64,000 bases of DNA from Eledone cirrhosa (GCA_964016885.1 OZ024765.1:1240001-1304000); one strand, 5' to 3'. Shown: positions 16,267-29,000, numbered from the stretch's first letter. Notes: generated from the letters alone by a model not told the origin. Numbers and translations: made by a program.

Positions 16267-17012
16267 TGAGCCTATGAACTTTTAACCTACCTTCGTATAT
16301 GTAAACAATGTATTTATTTAATATACAAATAATTACTATTGCTACAGTTAAAAAATGTACAAAAAATACTTTAAATTCAGTTTTTAATTCATGCAACAAT
16401 TGTGTCAATAGTTAAAGAAATTCGAAATCATTTTTGCACCCATTTTTGTGATTAAGTAAAGACGGAGTTATCGTTCTTGAGATTTCGGCTCGGAGAAATT
16501 TAAGGAACTGATGTCGCTTAATCGCCAAATCATTTACCTGCCCCGTTGCATCATGGGAGGGTAATGGCTGCCTTTTAACTTTTATACCACGGCAAACTTT
16601 TTAATATCTTTCTCGCCAAAATGTTCTAATTATTTACTTATATGAAACAAGGAACAAGATGCTGCGAAAGAAACTAAAGAATCTGCCATCGTTTAAAAAA
16701 TAAAAGGCAGCCATTACCCTCCCATGATGCAACGGGGCAAGTAAATGATTTAGCGATTTAGCGACATCAGTTCCTCAAATTTCTCCGAGCCGAAATCTCA
16801 AGAACGATAACTCCGTCTTTACTTAATCGCAAAAATGGGTGCAAAAATGATTTCGAATTTCTTTAACTATTGACACAATTGTTGCATGAATTAAAAACTG
16901 AATTTAAAGTATTTTTTGTACATTTTTTAACTGTAGCCATAGTAATTATTTGTATATTAAATAAATACATTGTTTACATATACGTAGGTAGGCTTAAAAG
17001 TTCATAGGCTCA
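16267..17012. repeat. Palindrome core P1 (~320-bp inverted arms, ~110-bp spacer)
   Basis: tgagcctatgaac...gggtaatggctgcctttta is followed, after a spacer (~16585-16693), by its reverse complement taaaaggcagccattaccc...gttcataggctca. Confidence 0.95.
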
Positions 17013-17543
17013 CTATGAATGAGTGATGCTAGGGCTGTGAAATCTTGTATGTTGAAAAATAAACCTCATTTGGTCATTCCATGAGATTATCTTGGTCAAC
17101 CTATGAAGGAGTGATGCTAGGGCTGTGAAATCTTGCATGTTGAAAAGTAAACCTCATTTGGTCATTCCATGAGAGTATCCTGGTCAGCCTATGAAGGAGT
17201 GATGCTAGAGCTGTGAAATCTTGCATGTTGAAAAATAAACCCCATTTGGTCATTCCATGAGAGTATCTTGGTAAGCCTATGAAGGAGTGATGCTAGAGCT
17301 GTGAAATCTTGCATGTTGTAAAATAAACCCCATTTGGTCATTCCATGAGAGTAACCTGGTCAGCCTATGAAGGAGTGATGCTAGAGCTGTGAAATCTAGC
17401 ATGTTGAAATATAAACCTCATTTGGTCATTCCATGAGGGTATCTTGGTCAGCCTATGAAGGAATGATGCTAGAGCTGTGAAATCTTGCATGTTGAAAAAT
17501 AAACCCTCATTTGGTCATTCCATGAGAGTATCCTGGTCAACCT
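17013..17543 (-). repeat. 87/88-bp tandem repeat array (reverse orientation, ~6 copies)
   Basis: Reverse complement of the catgcaagatttcacagctctagcatcactccttcataggctgaccaagatactctcatggaatgaccaaatg unit. Confidence 0.92.
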
Positions 17544-17626
17544 AAACACACACACATAGCTATATATATATGTATATGTATGTATATATATATGTATATA
17601 TATATTTATATGTATATATGTATGTA

Positions 17627-17668
<42 letters not shown>

Positions 17669-17712
17669 CGTATATATATTTGTGTGTGTGTTTGTGTGTG
17701 ACTGTGTGTGTT

Positions 17713-18200
17713 ATGTGGGTCTCAATATGTAAACTAAACGACTAACACTGATTTCAGAAAATCAGTGTTAGTCGATTAGAAAAATCATCAACTTCTGCGA
17801 CCCTTTCTATCTCGGACCTTAAAGTATCCCTACAAAATCTCAATTAATGATATGTATAATTGTGAAAGTTATCAAGAAAGCAACTTTGGAAAGTGAAAGG
17901 TAAGATTTTACAAAATAGTAAGTTGAATGAGTTGTTCCCCTTAGATGAAAGACACTAAAACGAAGAGTCTACTGAATGCTAGAAATGGCAGGCACTGAAA
18001 TATTAATAATAATGATAGTTTTAGTGGTCAAACAACCCTCAAATATGGCCATATTCAACAGTTTAACCTAGCATATCTCACTAAACTGATGAAAACCCTC
18101 TTCAGCGGTTACTAATACTAGAAATGGCGACTAAATATACCTCAGATGACAGAGAAGAGACACTGGAAGTATTTAAAACAAATTCAATGATATATATAAT
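17713..18200 (+). mobile_element. Terminal module A of the fold-back element, with a subterminal hairpin
   Basis: Starts atgtgggtctcaatatgtaaactaaacgac next to (TA)n/(TG)n. Hairpin cgactaacactgattt...aaatcagtgttagtcg at ~17739-17774. Other copies at 22288-22785 (-), 29001-29478 (+) and 30780-30945 (-). Confidence 0.85.
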
Positions 18201-21012
18201 CACTCCTTCATAAGCTGACCAAGATACTCTCATGGAATGACCAAATAAGGTTTATTTTTCAACATGCAAGATTTCACAGCTCTAGCATCACTCCTTGATA
18301 GGCTAACCAAGATACTCTCATGGAATGACCAAATGGGGTTATTTTTCAACATGCAAGATTTCACAGCTCTAGCATCACTCCTTCATAGGTTGACCAAGAT
18401 ACTCTCATGGAATGACCAAATGAGGTTTCTTTTTCAACATGCAAGATTTCACAGCTCTAGCATCACTCCTTCATAGGCCGACCAAGATACTCTCATGAAA
18501 TGACCAAATGGGGTTATTTTTCAACATGCAAGATTTCACAGCTCTAGCTTCACACCTTCATAGGCTGACCAAGATACTCTCATGCAATGACCAAATGGGG
18601 TTATTTTTCAACATGCAAGATTTCACAGCTCTAGCATCACACCTGCATAGGCTGACCAAGGTACTCTCATGGAAGGACCAAATGAGGTTTCTTTTTCAAC
18701 ATGCAAGATTTCACAGCTCTAGCATCACTCCTTCATAGGCTGACCAAGATACTCTCATGGAATGACCAAATGGGGTTATTTTTCAACATGCAAGATTTCA
18801 CAGCTCTAGCATCACTCCTTCATAGTTTGACCAAGATACTCTCATGGAATGACCAAATGAGGTTTCTTTTTCAACATGCAAGATTTCACAGCTCTAGCAT
18901 CACTCCTTCATAGGCCGACCAAGATACTCTCATGAAATGACCAAATGGGGTTATTTTTCAACATGCAAGATTTCACAGCTCTAGCTTCACACCTTCATAG
19001 GCTGACCAAGATACTCTCATGCAATGACCAAATGGGGTTATTTTTCAACATGCAAGATTTCACAGCTCTAGCATCACACCTGCATAGGCTGACCAAGGTA
19101 CTCTCATGGAAGGACCAAATGAGGTTTCTTTTTCAACATGCAAGATTTCACAGCTCTAGCATCACTCCTTCATAGGCTGACCAAGATACTCTCATGGAAT
19201 GACCAAATGGGGTTATTTTTCAACATGCAAGATTTCACAGCTCTAGCATCACTCCTTCATAGTTTGACCAAGATACTCTCATGGAATGACCAAATGAGGT
19301 TTCTTTTTCAACATGCAAGATTTCACAGCTCTAGCATCACTCCTTCATAGGCCGACCAAGATACTCTCATGAAATGACCAAATGGGGTTATTTTTCAACA
19401 TGCAAGATTTCACAGCTCTAGCTTCACACCTTCATAGGCTGACCAAGATACTCTCATGCAATGACCAAATGGGGTTATTTTTCAACATGCAAGATTTCAC
19501 AGCTCTAGCATCACACCTGCATAGGCTGACCAAGGTACTCTCATGGAAGGGCCAAATGAGGTTTCTTTTTCAACATGCAAGATTTCACAGCTCTAGCATC
19601 ACTCCTTCATAGGCTGACCAAGATACTCTCATGGAATGACCAAATGGGGTTATTTTTCAACATGCAAGATTTCACAGCTCTAGCATCACTCCTTCATAGG
19701 TTGACCAAGATACTCTCATGAAATGACCAAATGAAGTTTCTTTTTCAACATGCAAGATTTCACAGCTCTAGCATCACTCCTTCATAGGCCGACCAAGATA
19801 CTCTCATGAAATGACCAAATGGGGTTATTTTTCAACATGCAAGATTTCACAGCTCTAGCTTCACACCTTCATAGTTTGACCAAGATACTCTCATGGAATG
19901 ACCAAATGAGGTTTCTTTTTCAACATGCAAGATTTCACAGCTCTAGCATCACTCCTTCATAGGCCGACCAAGATACTCTCATGAAATGACCAAATGGGGT
20001 TATTTTTCAACATGCAAGATTTCACAGCTCTAGCTTCACACCTTCATAGGCTGACCAAGATACTCTCATGCAATGACCAAATGGGGTTATTTTTCAACAT
20101 GCAAGATTTCACAGCTCTAGCATCACACCTGCATAGGCTGACCAAGGTACTCTCATGGAAGGGCCAAATGAGGTTTCTTTTTCAACATGCAAGATTTCAC
20201 AGCTCTAGCATCACTCCTTCATAGGCTGACCAAGATACTCTCATGGAATGACCAAATGGGGTTATTTTTCAACATGCAAGATTTCACAGCTCTAGCATCA
20301 CTCCTTCATAGGTTGACCAAGATACTCTCATGAAATGACCAAATGAAGTTTCTTTTTCAACATGCAAGATTTCACAGCTCTAGCATCACTCCTTCATAGG
20401 CCGACCAAGATACTCTCATGAAATGACCAAATGGGGTTATTTTTCAACATGCAAGATTTCACAGCTCTAGCTTCACACCTTCATAGGCTGACCAAGATAC
20501 TCTCATGGAATGACCAAATGAGGTTTATTTTTCAACATGCAAGATTTCACAGCTCTAGCATCACTCTTTCATAGGCTGACCAAGATACTCTCATGGAATG
20601 ACCAAATGGGGTTATTTTTCAACATGCAAGATTTCACAGCTCTAGCATCACACCTTCATAGGCTGACCAAGATACTCTCATGGAATGACCAAATGAGGTT
20701 TATTTTTCAACATGCAAGATTTCACAGCTCTAGCATCACTCCTTCATAGGCTGACCAAGATACTCTCATGGAATGACCAAATGGGGTTATTTTTCAACAT
20801 GCAAGATTTCACAGCTCTAGCATCACACCTTCATAGGCTGACCAAGATACTCTCATGGAATGACCAAATGAGGTTTATTTTTCAACATGCAAGATTTCAC
20901 AGCTCTAGCATCACTCCTTCATAGGCTGACCAAGTAACTCTCATGGAATGACCAAATTAGGTTTATTTTTCAATATGCAGGATTTCACAGCCCTAGCATC
21001 AATCCTTCATAG
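18200..21012 (+). repeat. 87/88-bp tandem array (~32 copies) with 437-bp (5-mer) and 612-bp (7-mer) higher-order periodicity
   Basis: Variant monomers recur at 437-bp spacing (ORF hits 18508/18945/19382) and at 612 bp (19382/19994). Confidence 0.93.
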
Positions 21013-21759
21013 TGAGCCTATGAACTTTTAAGCCTACCTTCGATTATGTAAACAATGTATTTATTTAATATACAAATAATTACTATGGCTACAGTTAAAA
21101 AATGTACAAAAAATACTTTAAATTCAGTTTTTAATTCATGCAACAATTGTGTCAATAGTTAAAGAAATTCGAAATAATTTTTGCACCCATTTTTGCGATT
21201 AAGTAAAGACGGAGTTATCGTTCTTGAGATTTCGGCTCGGAGAAATTTGAGGAACTGATGTCGCTAAATCGCCAAATCATTTACCTGCCCCGTTGCATCA
21301 TGGGAGGGTAATGGCTGCCTTTTATTTTTTATACCACGGCAAACTTTTTAATATCTTTCTCGCCAAAATGTTCTAATTATTTACTTATATGAAACAAGGA
21401 ACAAGATGCTGCGAAAGAAACTAAAGAATCTGCCATCGTTTAAAAAATAAAAGGCAGCCATTACCCTCCCATGATGCAACGGGGCAGGTAAATGATTTGG
21501 CGATTTAGCGACATCAGTTCCTCAAATTTCTCCGAGCCGAAATCTCAAGAACGATAACTCCGTCTTTACTTAATCGCAAAAATGGGTGCAAAAATGATTT
21601 CGAATTTCTTTAACTATTGACACAATTGTTGCATGAATTAAAAACTGAATTTAAAGTATTTTTTGTACATTTTTTAACTGTAGCCATAGTAATTATTTGT
21701 ATATTAAATAAATACATTGTTTACATATACGTAGGTAGGCTTAAAAGTTCATAGGCTCA
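21013..21759. repeat. Palindrome core P2 (axis of the 9-kb symmetry)
   Basis: Same arms and same spacer orientation as P1; spacer ~21333-21439. Confidence 0.95.
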
Positions 21760-22287
21760 CTATGAATGAGTGATGCTAGGGCTGTGAAATCTTGTATGTT
21801 GAAAAATAAACCTCATTTGGTCATTCCATGAGATTATCTTGGTCAACCTATGAAGGAGTGATGCTAGGGCTGTGAAATCTTGCATGTTGAAAAATAAACC
21901 TCATTTGGTCATTCCATGAAATTATCTTGGTCAGCCTATGAATGAGTGATGCTAGGGCTGTGAAATCTTGCATGTTGAAAAATAAACCTCATTTGGTCAT
22001 TCCATGAGTGTTTCTTGGTCAGCCTATGAAGGAGTGATGCTAGAGTTGTGAAATCTTGCATGTTGAAAAATAACCCCATTTGGTCATTCCATGAGAGTAT
22101 CTTGGTCAGCCTATGAAGGAGTGATGCTAGAGCTGTGAAATCTTGCATGTTGAAAAATAAACCTCATTTGGTCATTCCATGAGAGTATCTTGGTCAGCCT
22201 ATGAAGGTGTGAAGCTAGAGCTGTGAAATCTTGCATGTTGAAAAATAACCCCATTTGGTCATTCCATGAGAGTATCTTGGTCAGCCT
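21760..22287 (-). repeat. 87/88-bp tandem array, reverse (~6 copies)
   Basis: Reverse complement of the R monomer. Confidence 0.92.
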
Positions 22288-22828
22288 ACCCTCGTGTATT
22301 ATATATATCATTGAATTTGTTTTAAATACTTCCAGTATCTCTTCTCTGTGATCTGAGGTATATTTAGTTGCCATTTCTAGTATTAGTAACCGCTGAAGAG
22401 GGTTTTCATCAGTTTAGTGAGATATGCTAGGTTAAACTGTTGAATATGGCCATATTTGAGGGTTGTTTGACCACTAAAACTATCATTATTATTAATATTT
22501 TAGTGCCTGCCATTTCTAGCATTCAGTAGACTCTTCGTTTTAGTGTCTTTCATCTAAGGGGAATAACTCATTCAACTTACTATTTTGTAAAATCTTACCT
22601 TTCACTTTCTTAAGTTGCTTTCTTGATAACTTTCACAATTATACAGGTTATTAATTGAGATTTTGTAGGGATACTTTAAGGTCCCAGCTAGAAAGGGTCG
22701 CAGAAGTTGATGATTTTTCTAGTCGACTAACACTGATTTTCTGAAATCAGTATTAGTCGTTTAGTTTACATATTGAGACCCATATATCACACACACACAA
22801 ATATATATACGTATATATATACATTTAC

Positions 22829-22874
<46 letters not shown>

Positions 22875-22881
22875 ATATAAA

Positions 22882-22928
<47 letters not shown>

Positions 22929-22943
22929 ATATATACATATAAA

Positions 22944-22990
<47 letters not shown>

Positions 22991-23005
22991 ATATATACAT
23001 ATAAA

Positions 23006-23043
<38 letters not shown>

Positions 23044-23178
23044 CATATATACATATAAATATATATACATACATATATACATATAAATATATATATACAT
23101 ATATATATACATACATATACATATATATATATATATACATATATATATACATACATATACATATATATGTGTGTGTGT

Positions 23179-23976
23179 TTAGGTTGACCAGGATACTCTC
23201 ATGGAATGACCAAATGAGGTTTATTTTTCAACATGCAAGATTTCACATCCCTAGCATCACTCCTTCATAGGCTGACCAAGATACTCTCATGGAATGAGGA
23301 AATGACGTTTATTTTTCAATCATGCAAGATTTCACAGCCCTAGCATCACTCCTTCATAGGCTGACCAAGATACTCTCATGGAATGACCAAATAAGGTTTA
23401 TATTTCAACATGCTAGATTTCACAGCTCTAGCATTACTCCTTCATAGGCTGACCAAGATACTCTCATGGAATGACCAAATAAGGTTTATATTTCAACATG
23501 CTAGATTTCACAGCTCTAGCATCACTCCTTCATAGGCTGACCAGGATACTCTCATGGAATGACCAAATGAGGTTTATTTTTCAACATGCAAGATTTCACA
23601 TCCCTAGCATCACTCCTTCATAGGCTGACCAAGATACTCTCATGGAATGAGGAAATGACGTTTATTTTTCAATCATGCAAGATTTCACAGCCCTAGCATC
23701 ACTCCTTCATAGGCTGACCAAGATACTCTCATGGAATGACCAAATAAGGTTTATATTTCAACATGCTAGATTTCACAGCTCTAGCATTACTCCTTCATAG
23801 GCTGACCAAGATACTCTCATGGAATGACCAAATAAGGTTTATATTTCAACATGCTAGATTTCACAGCTCTAGCATTACTCCTTCATAGGCTGACCAAGAT
23901 ACTCTCATGGAATGACCAAATGAGGTTTATTTTTCAACATGCAGGATTTCACAGCCCTTGCATCACTCCTTCATAG
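23179..23976 (+). repeat. 87-89-bp tandem array (~9 copies, ~352-bp 4-mer duplication)
   Basis: R monomer; the variant gaggaaatgacg recurs at ~23297 and ~23649. Confidence 0.9.
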
Positions 23977-24724
23977 TGAGCCTATGAACTTTTAAGCCTA
24001 CCTTCGATTATGTAAACAATGTATTTATTTAATATACAAATAATTACTATGGCTACAGTTAAAAAATGTACAAAAAATACTTTAAATTCAGTTTTTAATT
24101 CATGCAACAATTGTGTCAATAGTTAAAGAAATTCGAAATCGTTTTTGCACCCATTTTTGCGATTAAGTAAAGACGGAGTTATCGTTCTTGAGATTTCGGC
24201 TCGGAGAAATTTAAGGAACTGATGTCGCTAAATCGCCAAATCATTTACCTGCCCCGTTGCATCATGGGAGGGTAATGGCTGCCTTTTATTTTTTAAAGGA
24301 TGGCAGATTCTTTAGTTTCTTTCGCAGCATCTTGTTCCTTGTTTCATATAAGTAAATAATTAGAACATTTTGGCGAGAAAGATATTAAAAAGTTTGCCGT
24401 GGTATAAAAAATAAAAGGCAGCCATTACCCTCCCATGGTGCAACGGGGCAGGTAAATGATTTGGCGATTTAGCGACATCAGTTCCTCAAATTTCTCCGAG
24501 CCGAAATCTCAAGAACGATAACTCCGTCTTTACTTATTCGCAAAAATGGGTGCAAAAACGATTTCGAATTTCTTTAACTATTGACACAATTGTTGCATGA
24601 ATTAAAAACTGAATTGAAAGTATTTTTTGTACATTTTTGTAACTGTAGCCATAGTAATTATTTGTATATTAAATAAATACATTGTTTACATATACGAAGG
24701 TAGGCTTAAAAGTTCATAGGCTCA
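23977..24724. repeat. Palindrome core P3 (spacer inverted relative to P1/P2)
   Basis: Same arms; spacer gatggcagattctttag...aagtttgccgtggta is the reverse complement of the P1/P2 spacer. Confidence 0.95.
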
Positions 24725-25375
24725 CTATGAAGGAGTGATGCTAGGGATGTGAAATCTTGCATGTTGAAAAATAAACCTCATTTGGTCATTCCATGAGAGT
24801 ATCTTGGTCAGCCTATGAAGGAGTGATGCTAGGGCTGTGAAATCCTGCATGTTGAAAAATAAACCTCATTTGGTCATTCCATGAGAGTATCTTGGTCAGC
24901 CTATGAAGGTGTGATGCTAGAGCTGTGAAATCTTGCACGTTGAAAAATAACCCCATTTGGTCATTCCATGAGAGTATCTTGGTCAGCCTATGAAGGTGTG
25001 ATGCTAGAGCTGTGAAATCTTGCACGTTGAAAAATAACCCCATTTGGTCGTTCCATGAGAGTATCTTGGTCAGCCTATGAAGGAGTGATGCTAGAGCTGT
25101 GAAATCTTGCATGATTTAACTTGGTGTCCTTGAAATATGTATAATGAAATAAATATGGTTTTATAAATATAGTTTCCATTTGTTAATATATCGTATTTTT
25201 ACTCCAAATATTTGTTGAGTGCTTTATATCAGTTATAAAAATATTTGCTTGTTGTATCCCAACAATTTAAATAGAACTTTTACATATATATATATATATA
25301 TAAAGAAAAAAAGATGAAATCGAAAATGCAACTGGAGTCGTATTTAAAAAAAATATATATATATTTATTTGGTTC

Positions 25376-25411
25376 CTTTACCGGTTTCGCAGTTCTTCTG
25401 CTTTTCAAAAG
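25376..25411 (-). ncRNA. Minimal type I hammerhead ribozyme motif, U3/A8 variant
   Basis: Minus strand reads ctt-TTGAAAA-gcag aagaa ctgc-GAAA-ccgg-TA-aag: short helix I, 4-bp helix II, palindromic ACCGGT helix III. It lies downstream of the PLE ORF on the same strand. Confidence 0.75.
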
Positions 25412-25583
25412 TAGAGTTGAGATGGAGGGTCTGTGGTTTTTCTCACATCTGGTTGGTCTTTGAATCTTACTTGTTTTATATGGAAAAAGTGGCTCGAAAT
25501 ACCAGTTTTTTCGAGAAGTAATTTGATTGGTTGGTCAATAATTATAATAAGGGAGGGAGTTGTGTGTGTGTGTATATGGGTGT

Positions 25584-25617
<34 letters not shown>

Positions 25618-26027
25618 AGTATGTTAAGATGGAGAGAATATATATTTTGTGTGTGTATATATGTGTGTAGGAAAGTGATTCTATTAGTAGAAATGGGGGA
25701 GGGGAGTTGTGTGTGTGAGTGTGGGGGTTGTTATGTGTGTGTATGGGTGTTATGTGTGTGGGAGTATGGTTAGCATGTTAAGATGAAGAGAATATATATA
25801 TATATATTGTGTGTGTGTGTGTAGGAAAATGATTCCTTTAGTCGGAATATTTTTGAATGAACATATTTTCCTTACTTATTCGTATTTGTTCTGTTGTATT
25901 GTCAGTGCAAACGTATGTTAAGGTTTATTTAGTTCAGGTTTTTTATTTTCTAAAGTAGAAGGTGTTATGTGTGTGTGTATGTGTCTGTTTGGATGGTTAG
26001 CACATTATGGTGTTGACATAATGTATA

Positions 26028-28305
26028 TTAAACCATATTTAATGTTGGTCTATATTTTTGAATAAACATATTTTCCTTATTTATTCGTATTTGTTCTGTT
26101 GTATTGTTAGCGCAAAGGTAAAATGGGAAGACTTGGAATTTGGGTGTCTTATTACTTGCGCATATGTCTAGATGTGCGCTTAGTGGTATCTGTCTCGTGG
26201 TTGGATCTCGTAATTGTTGGCGATGAACTGTCATTCTGTTTCTGAGTGTGAGTTTAGTTTGTCCTATATAATCTTCATTGCATCCTTTACATTTAATGGC
26301 ATAAATTAGATTTTTTGATGAGCAAGTGAAGTGATTTTTTACAGTAAAATTTTGTCCTGATTTAAATGTATACGTGTTGCCTTCAATGAGGTGAGTGCAG
26401 GTTCCACAATTAGAGCGACCACATTTTTTTACACTTGGTTGTGGGTTTGTGGTAGGTAATTTGGCATTGGTGAGTAATGTTTTCAGTGATTTTGGTTGTC
26501 TTTTGATTTTGATTATTTTGTGTGTTTCAAGGGCTTTTTTCATTCTTGGGTTTTGTTTTAGTAGTGGGATGTTCTTGTGAATAGTGCTGTAAGCTTCCGC
26601 ATTTCTTGGGTTGTGTGTTGAGATATATGATAGAATATTGGACGTACCTTGAATTTGTTTCTGTTTTCGTAATTCATCAATGCCTATTGCTTTAGCCCTT
26701 TCTATTCCATTATTTATTAGTAATAGTGGGTACTCTCTTTCGAGTAGAATTTCCTTTAATTCTTGAAGTCTTTTATTTCGAGTTTCATAATTGGAGACAA
26801 TTGTGCAAATTCTTCTTGCTAGGTTAAAAGGAATGTTCGTCTTCGTGTGTTTTGGATGGTTGGAGGTGAATAGCAGATATTGTTTGGAATCTGTTGGTTT
26901 GTAGTGTATGTCAGTTTCAATATTTGTGTCTTTTTTTAAGATTAAGATGTCCAGAAATGGGAGTTGATCTTGGCTGTATTCCATTGTGAATTGGATGTGG
27001 TTATTGATGCCATTTATTAAGTTTTTGTGGTTGTTGATGCCGTTTATCAGTTGGTCGAGTGTGTGGGACCAAAGAATGAGACAATCATCCAAGTAGCGTT
27101 TCCAATTCTCTGATAAATATTTGTGGAAGTTCAATCCGTATTTTGATTTGGACTGTTCATATATCTGGACTTCTAAGTATGCCATGACTAAGTTGGCCTA
27201 AGTTGGAGCGGCTTTTGGACCCATCGCAGTCCCCGATATTTGCTTGTAAGTATTGCCATCGAAATCAAAAAAGTTGTTCTGTAAGATGAATTTTAATCCC
27301 TCGGTGATGAAGCTTTTTTCTATTCTGCCAGGTATCTCATTGGGATATTTCTCTAGTCCGAATCCTATTGCTTCTAGTCCGTATTGGTGTGGGATCGTTG
27401 TGTAGAGATTCACTACATCGAAAGACACAATAATAGTGTCGTTGTTGACATGTTTGGGGAGGTGGTTTAAAAGGTCCAGATCGTCTCTTACAAGGCTTGG
27501 TATGTGTTTGAGAATTGGTTTTAGTCGTATGTCTATAAAGTTGCTGTCTGTGTGTTTCACATTGTGGGCCCGCTACAATTGGTCTTAATTTAAGGTCTGT
27601 GGGGTATTGTGTGTTCACGCAGGCTGAGGTGGATTGTTTACAGGCATCGTTAATTATTTTACACTTGTGGATCTTCGGAAGTTCATAAAGGTTGATGGTT
27701 TTGTATTCAAAATGTGTTAAATAATCGCGTTCCTTTTTAGTTAGGTCTTCCTGGTATCGATAAATCAATGTGTTTAATCTGGTCATTGTTTTTGATTGCT
27801 GGTAGTTTTTTACTCTTTCATAGTAATTAGTATTTTGTAAGAGAGAGAGCATAGAACTTTTATATTTTTCAGCCTCCATAATGACAACAGTACTTCCCTT
27901 GTCCGCTTCCTTAATTATAATGTCCGTATTGTTTTTTAGTTCATGGATAATCTCCCATTCCCTTCGACTCGTGTTGGGTTTGGGTTTAGGTTGCGGTAGC
28001 TCATGGTATGGAAAAGTAGCTATGTGGTCACAAAATTTGTCCAGAACTCTGTTTCTACCTTTTGTTGGGTTGTAGCTGCTTTTATTCCGTACAATTGATT
28101 CGTCGTTATTCTCCTTGTCAAAGAATTCCTCTGTGAGACGTAATTTTCTACAGAAGTGTGAGATATCGTCATTTATCTCATTGGGGTTAGAGTATTGTGG
28201 TGCTGGTGTGAATTTCAGTCCTTTGGAGAGAATTTTTACTTGGGCTGAGAGGTTTGTATTTGAAAGGTTGATTATTTTCGGTTTTTCAAAATCGGTTTGT
28301 GCCAC
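26028..28305 (-). pseudogene. PLE reverse transcriptase + GIY-YIG endonuclease, inactivated (frameshift ~27555, in-frame stop ~27198)
   Basis: PLE N-terminal motifs IINLS..LSKGLKFTP and IIIKEADKGSTVVIM; LRPIVAG; RT motifs SFDVVNLYTTIP, YKQISGTAMG, RYLDD and FLDILI; CGRSNCGTC Cys motif; NLIYAIKCKGCNEDYIGQT..LRNRMTVHR (GIY-YIG). Confidence 0.93.
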
Positions 28306-28830
28306 CGGGTGTCGTGAGTCCTGTAGCCTTGGTCTAAAAAATGATTTTTCTGGAATGTTTTTTCAATGGTATTATTATATCTAATGGTATTTCCCCTGTT
28401 GTTGTGTGGTCTTGTATAGAAGTTTCGGACGTATTGAGGTTCGGTTTGTTGATAGTCTGGGTTGTAGATTTTGTTCCTTTGTGTGGGTTGGTATCTACGG
28501 TTTTGGAACAGGCTCTGTGTGGGCAGGGGTCTACGGTTTTGGAATAGGTTTTGATCTGTGAATAAGGTCCTGCCTTGTGTTCGGGGATCTTCGGATTTTG
28601 TTAGTAGGGTTATAGTTTTGTCTATGGTTTCTGGGATTATCGTTATAGTTTTGCTGGGGGTATGTTGGACGTTTTATTACTTTTTTTGTTATTTGTTGTG
28701 CATGTGGTGTGTGAGTTTTAGTCTGTTTTAAAAATGGGTTACCTGTATGTTGTTCATTTTTGAAGTCCATTTCGTAGTTGTTGAACCAGGTGGCGTTTTT
28801 TTCCCATCGCTGGAGGGATGTATATGTATG

Positions 28831-28868
<38 letters not shown>

Positions 28869-29000
28869 CACGTATATATTTAGATATATAACTATGTATA
28901 TACATATATATAACTATGTATATATATAGATATATAATTATTTCTATATATATATATATATATGTAAATGTATATATATATATGTGTGCATGTGTGTATC

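Larger units (their letters stand above)
16125..25113. mobile_element. Nested fold-back complex (non-coding, TE-like): R-B-loop-B'-R'-(TA)n-A-Rn-B-loop-B'-R'-A'-(TA)n-R-B-loop'-B'-R'
   Basis: Module order is mirror-symmetric about ~21386. A = 17713-18200, A' = 22288-22785, R = 87/88-bp repeat, B = ~320-bp arm. No coding capacity; family assignment uncertain. Confidence 0.8.
25114..28818 (-). mobile_element. Penelope-like retroelement (probably Neptune-type), 5'-truncated at a (TA)n tract
   Basis: Disrupted RT-GIY-YIG ORF, followed by a (CA)n-rich 3' region and a pLTR-like segment with a hammerhead motif (25114-25440) that recurs inverted at 36530-36853. Confidence 0.88.

Noticed and set aside
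18080-18135. CTGATGA...GAAA in module A as a hammerhead
   Set aside because: No helix II closing directly onto GAAA, no helix I/III, and the core is changed to ctgaagg in the 29.35-kb copy.
23977-24724. Inverted P3 spacer as proof of a recombinase-driven invertible switch
   Set aside because: The inversion follows from the overall mirror symmetry and no recombinase gene is present. Kept only as part of the fold-back finding.
18264-25112. MQDFTALAS... repeat ORFs
   Set aside because: Translation of 87-bp monomers, interrupted by the 88-bp variants.
1-25113. CRISPR-like regular repeats
   Set aside because: Units are contiguous tandem monomers with no unique spacers, there are no cas genes, and the context is eukaryotic.
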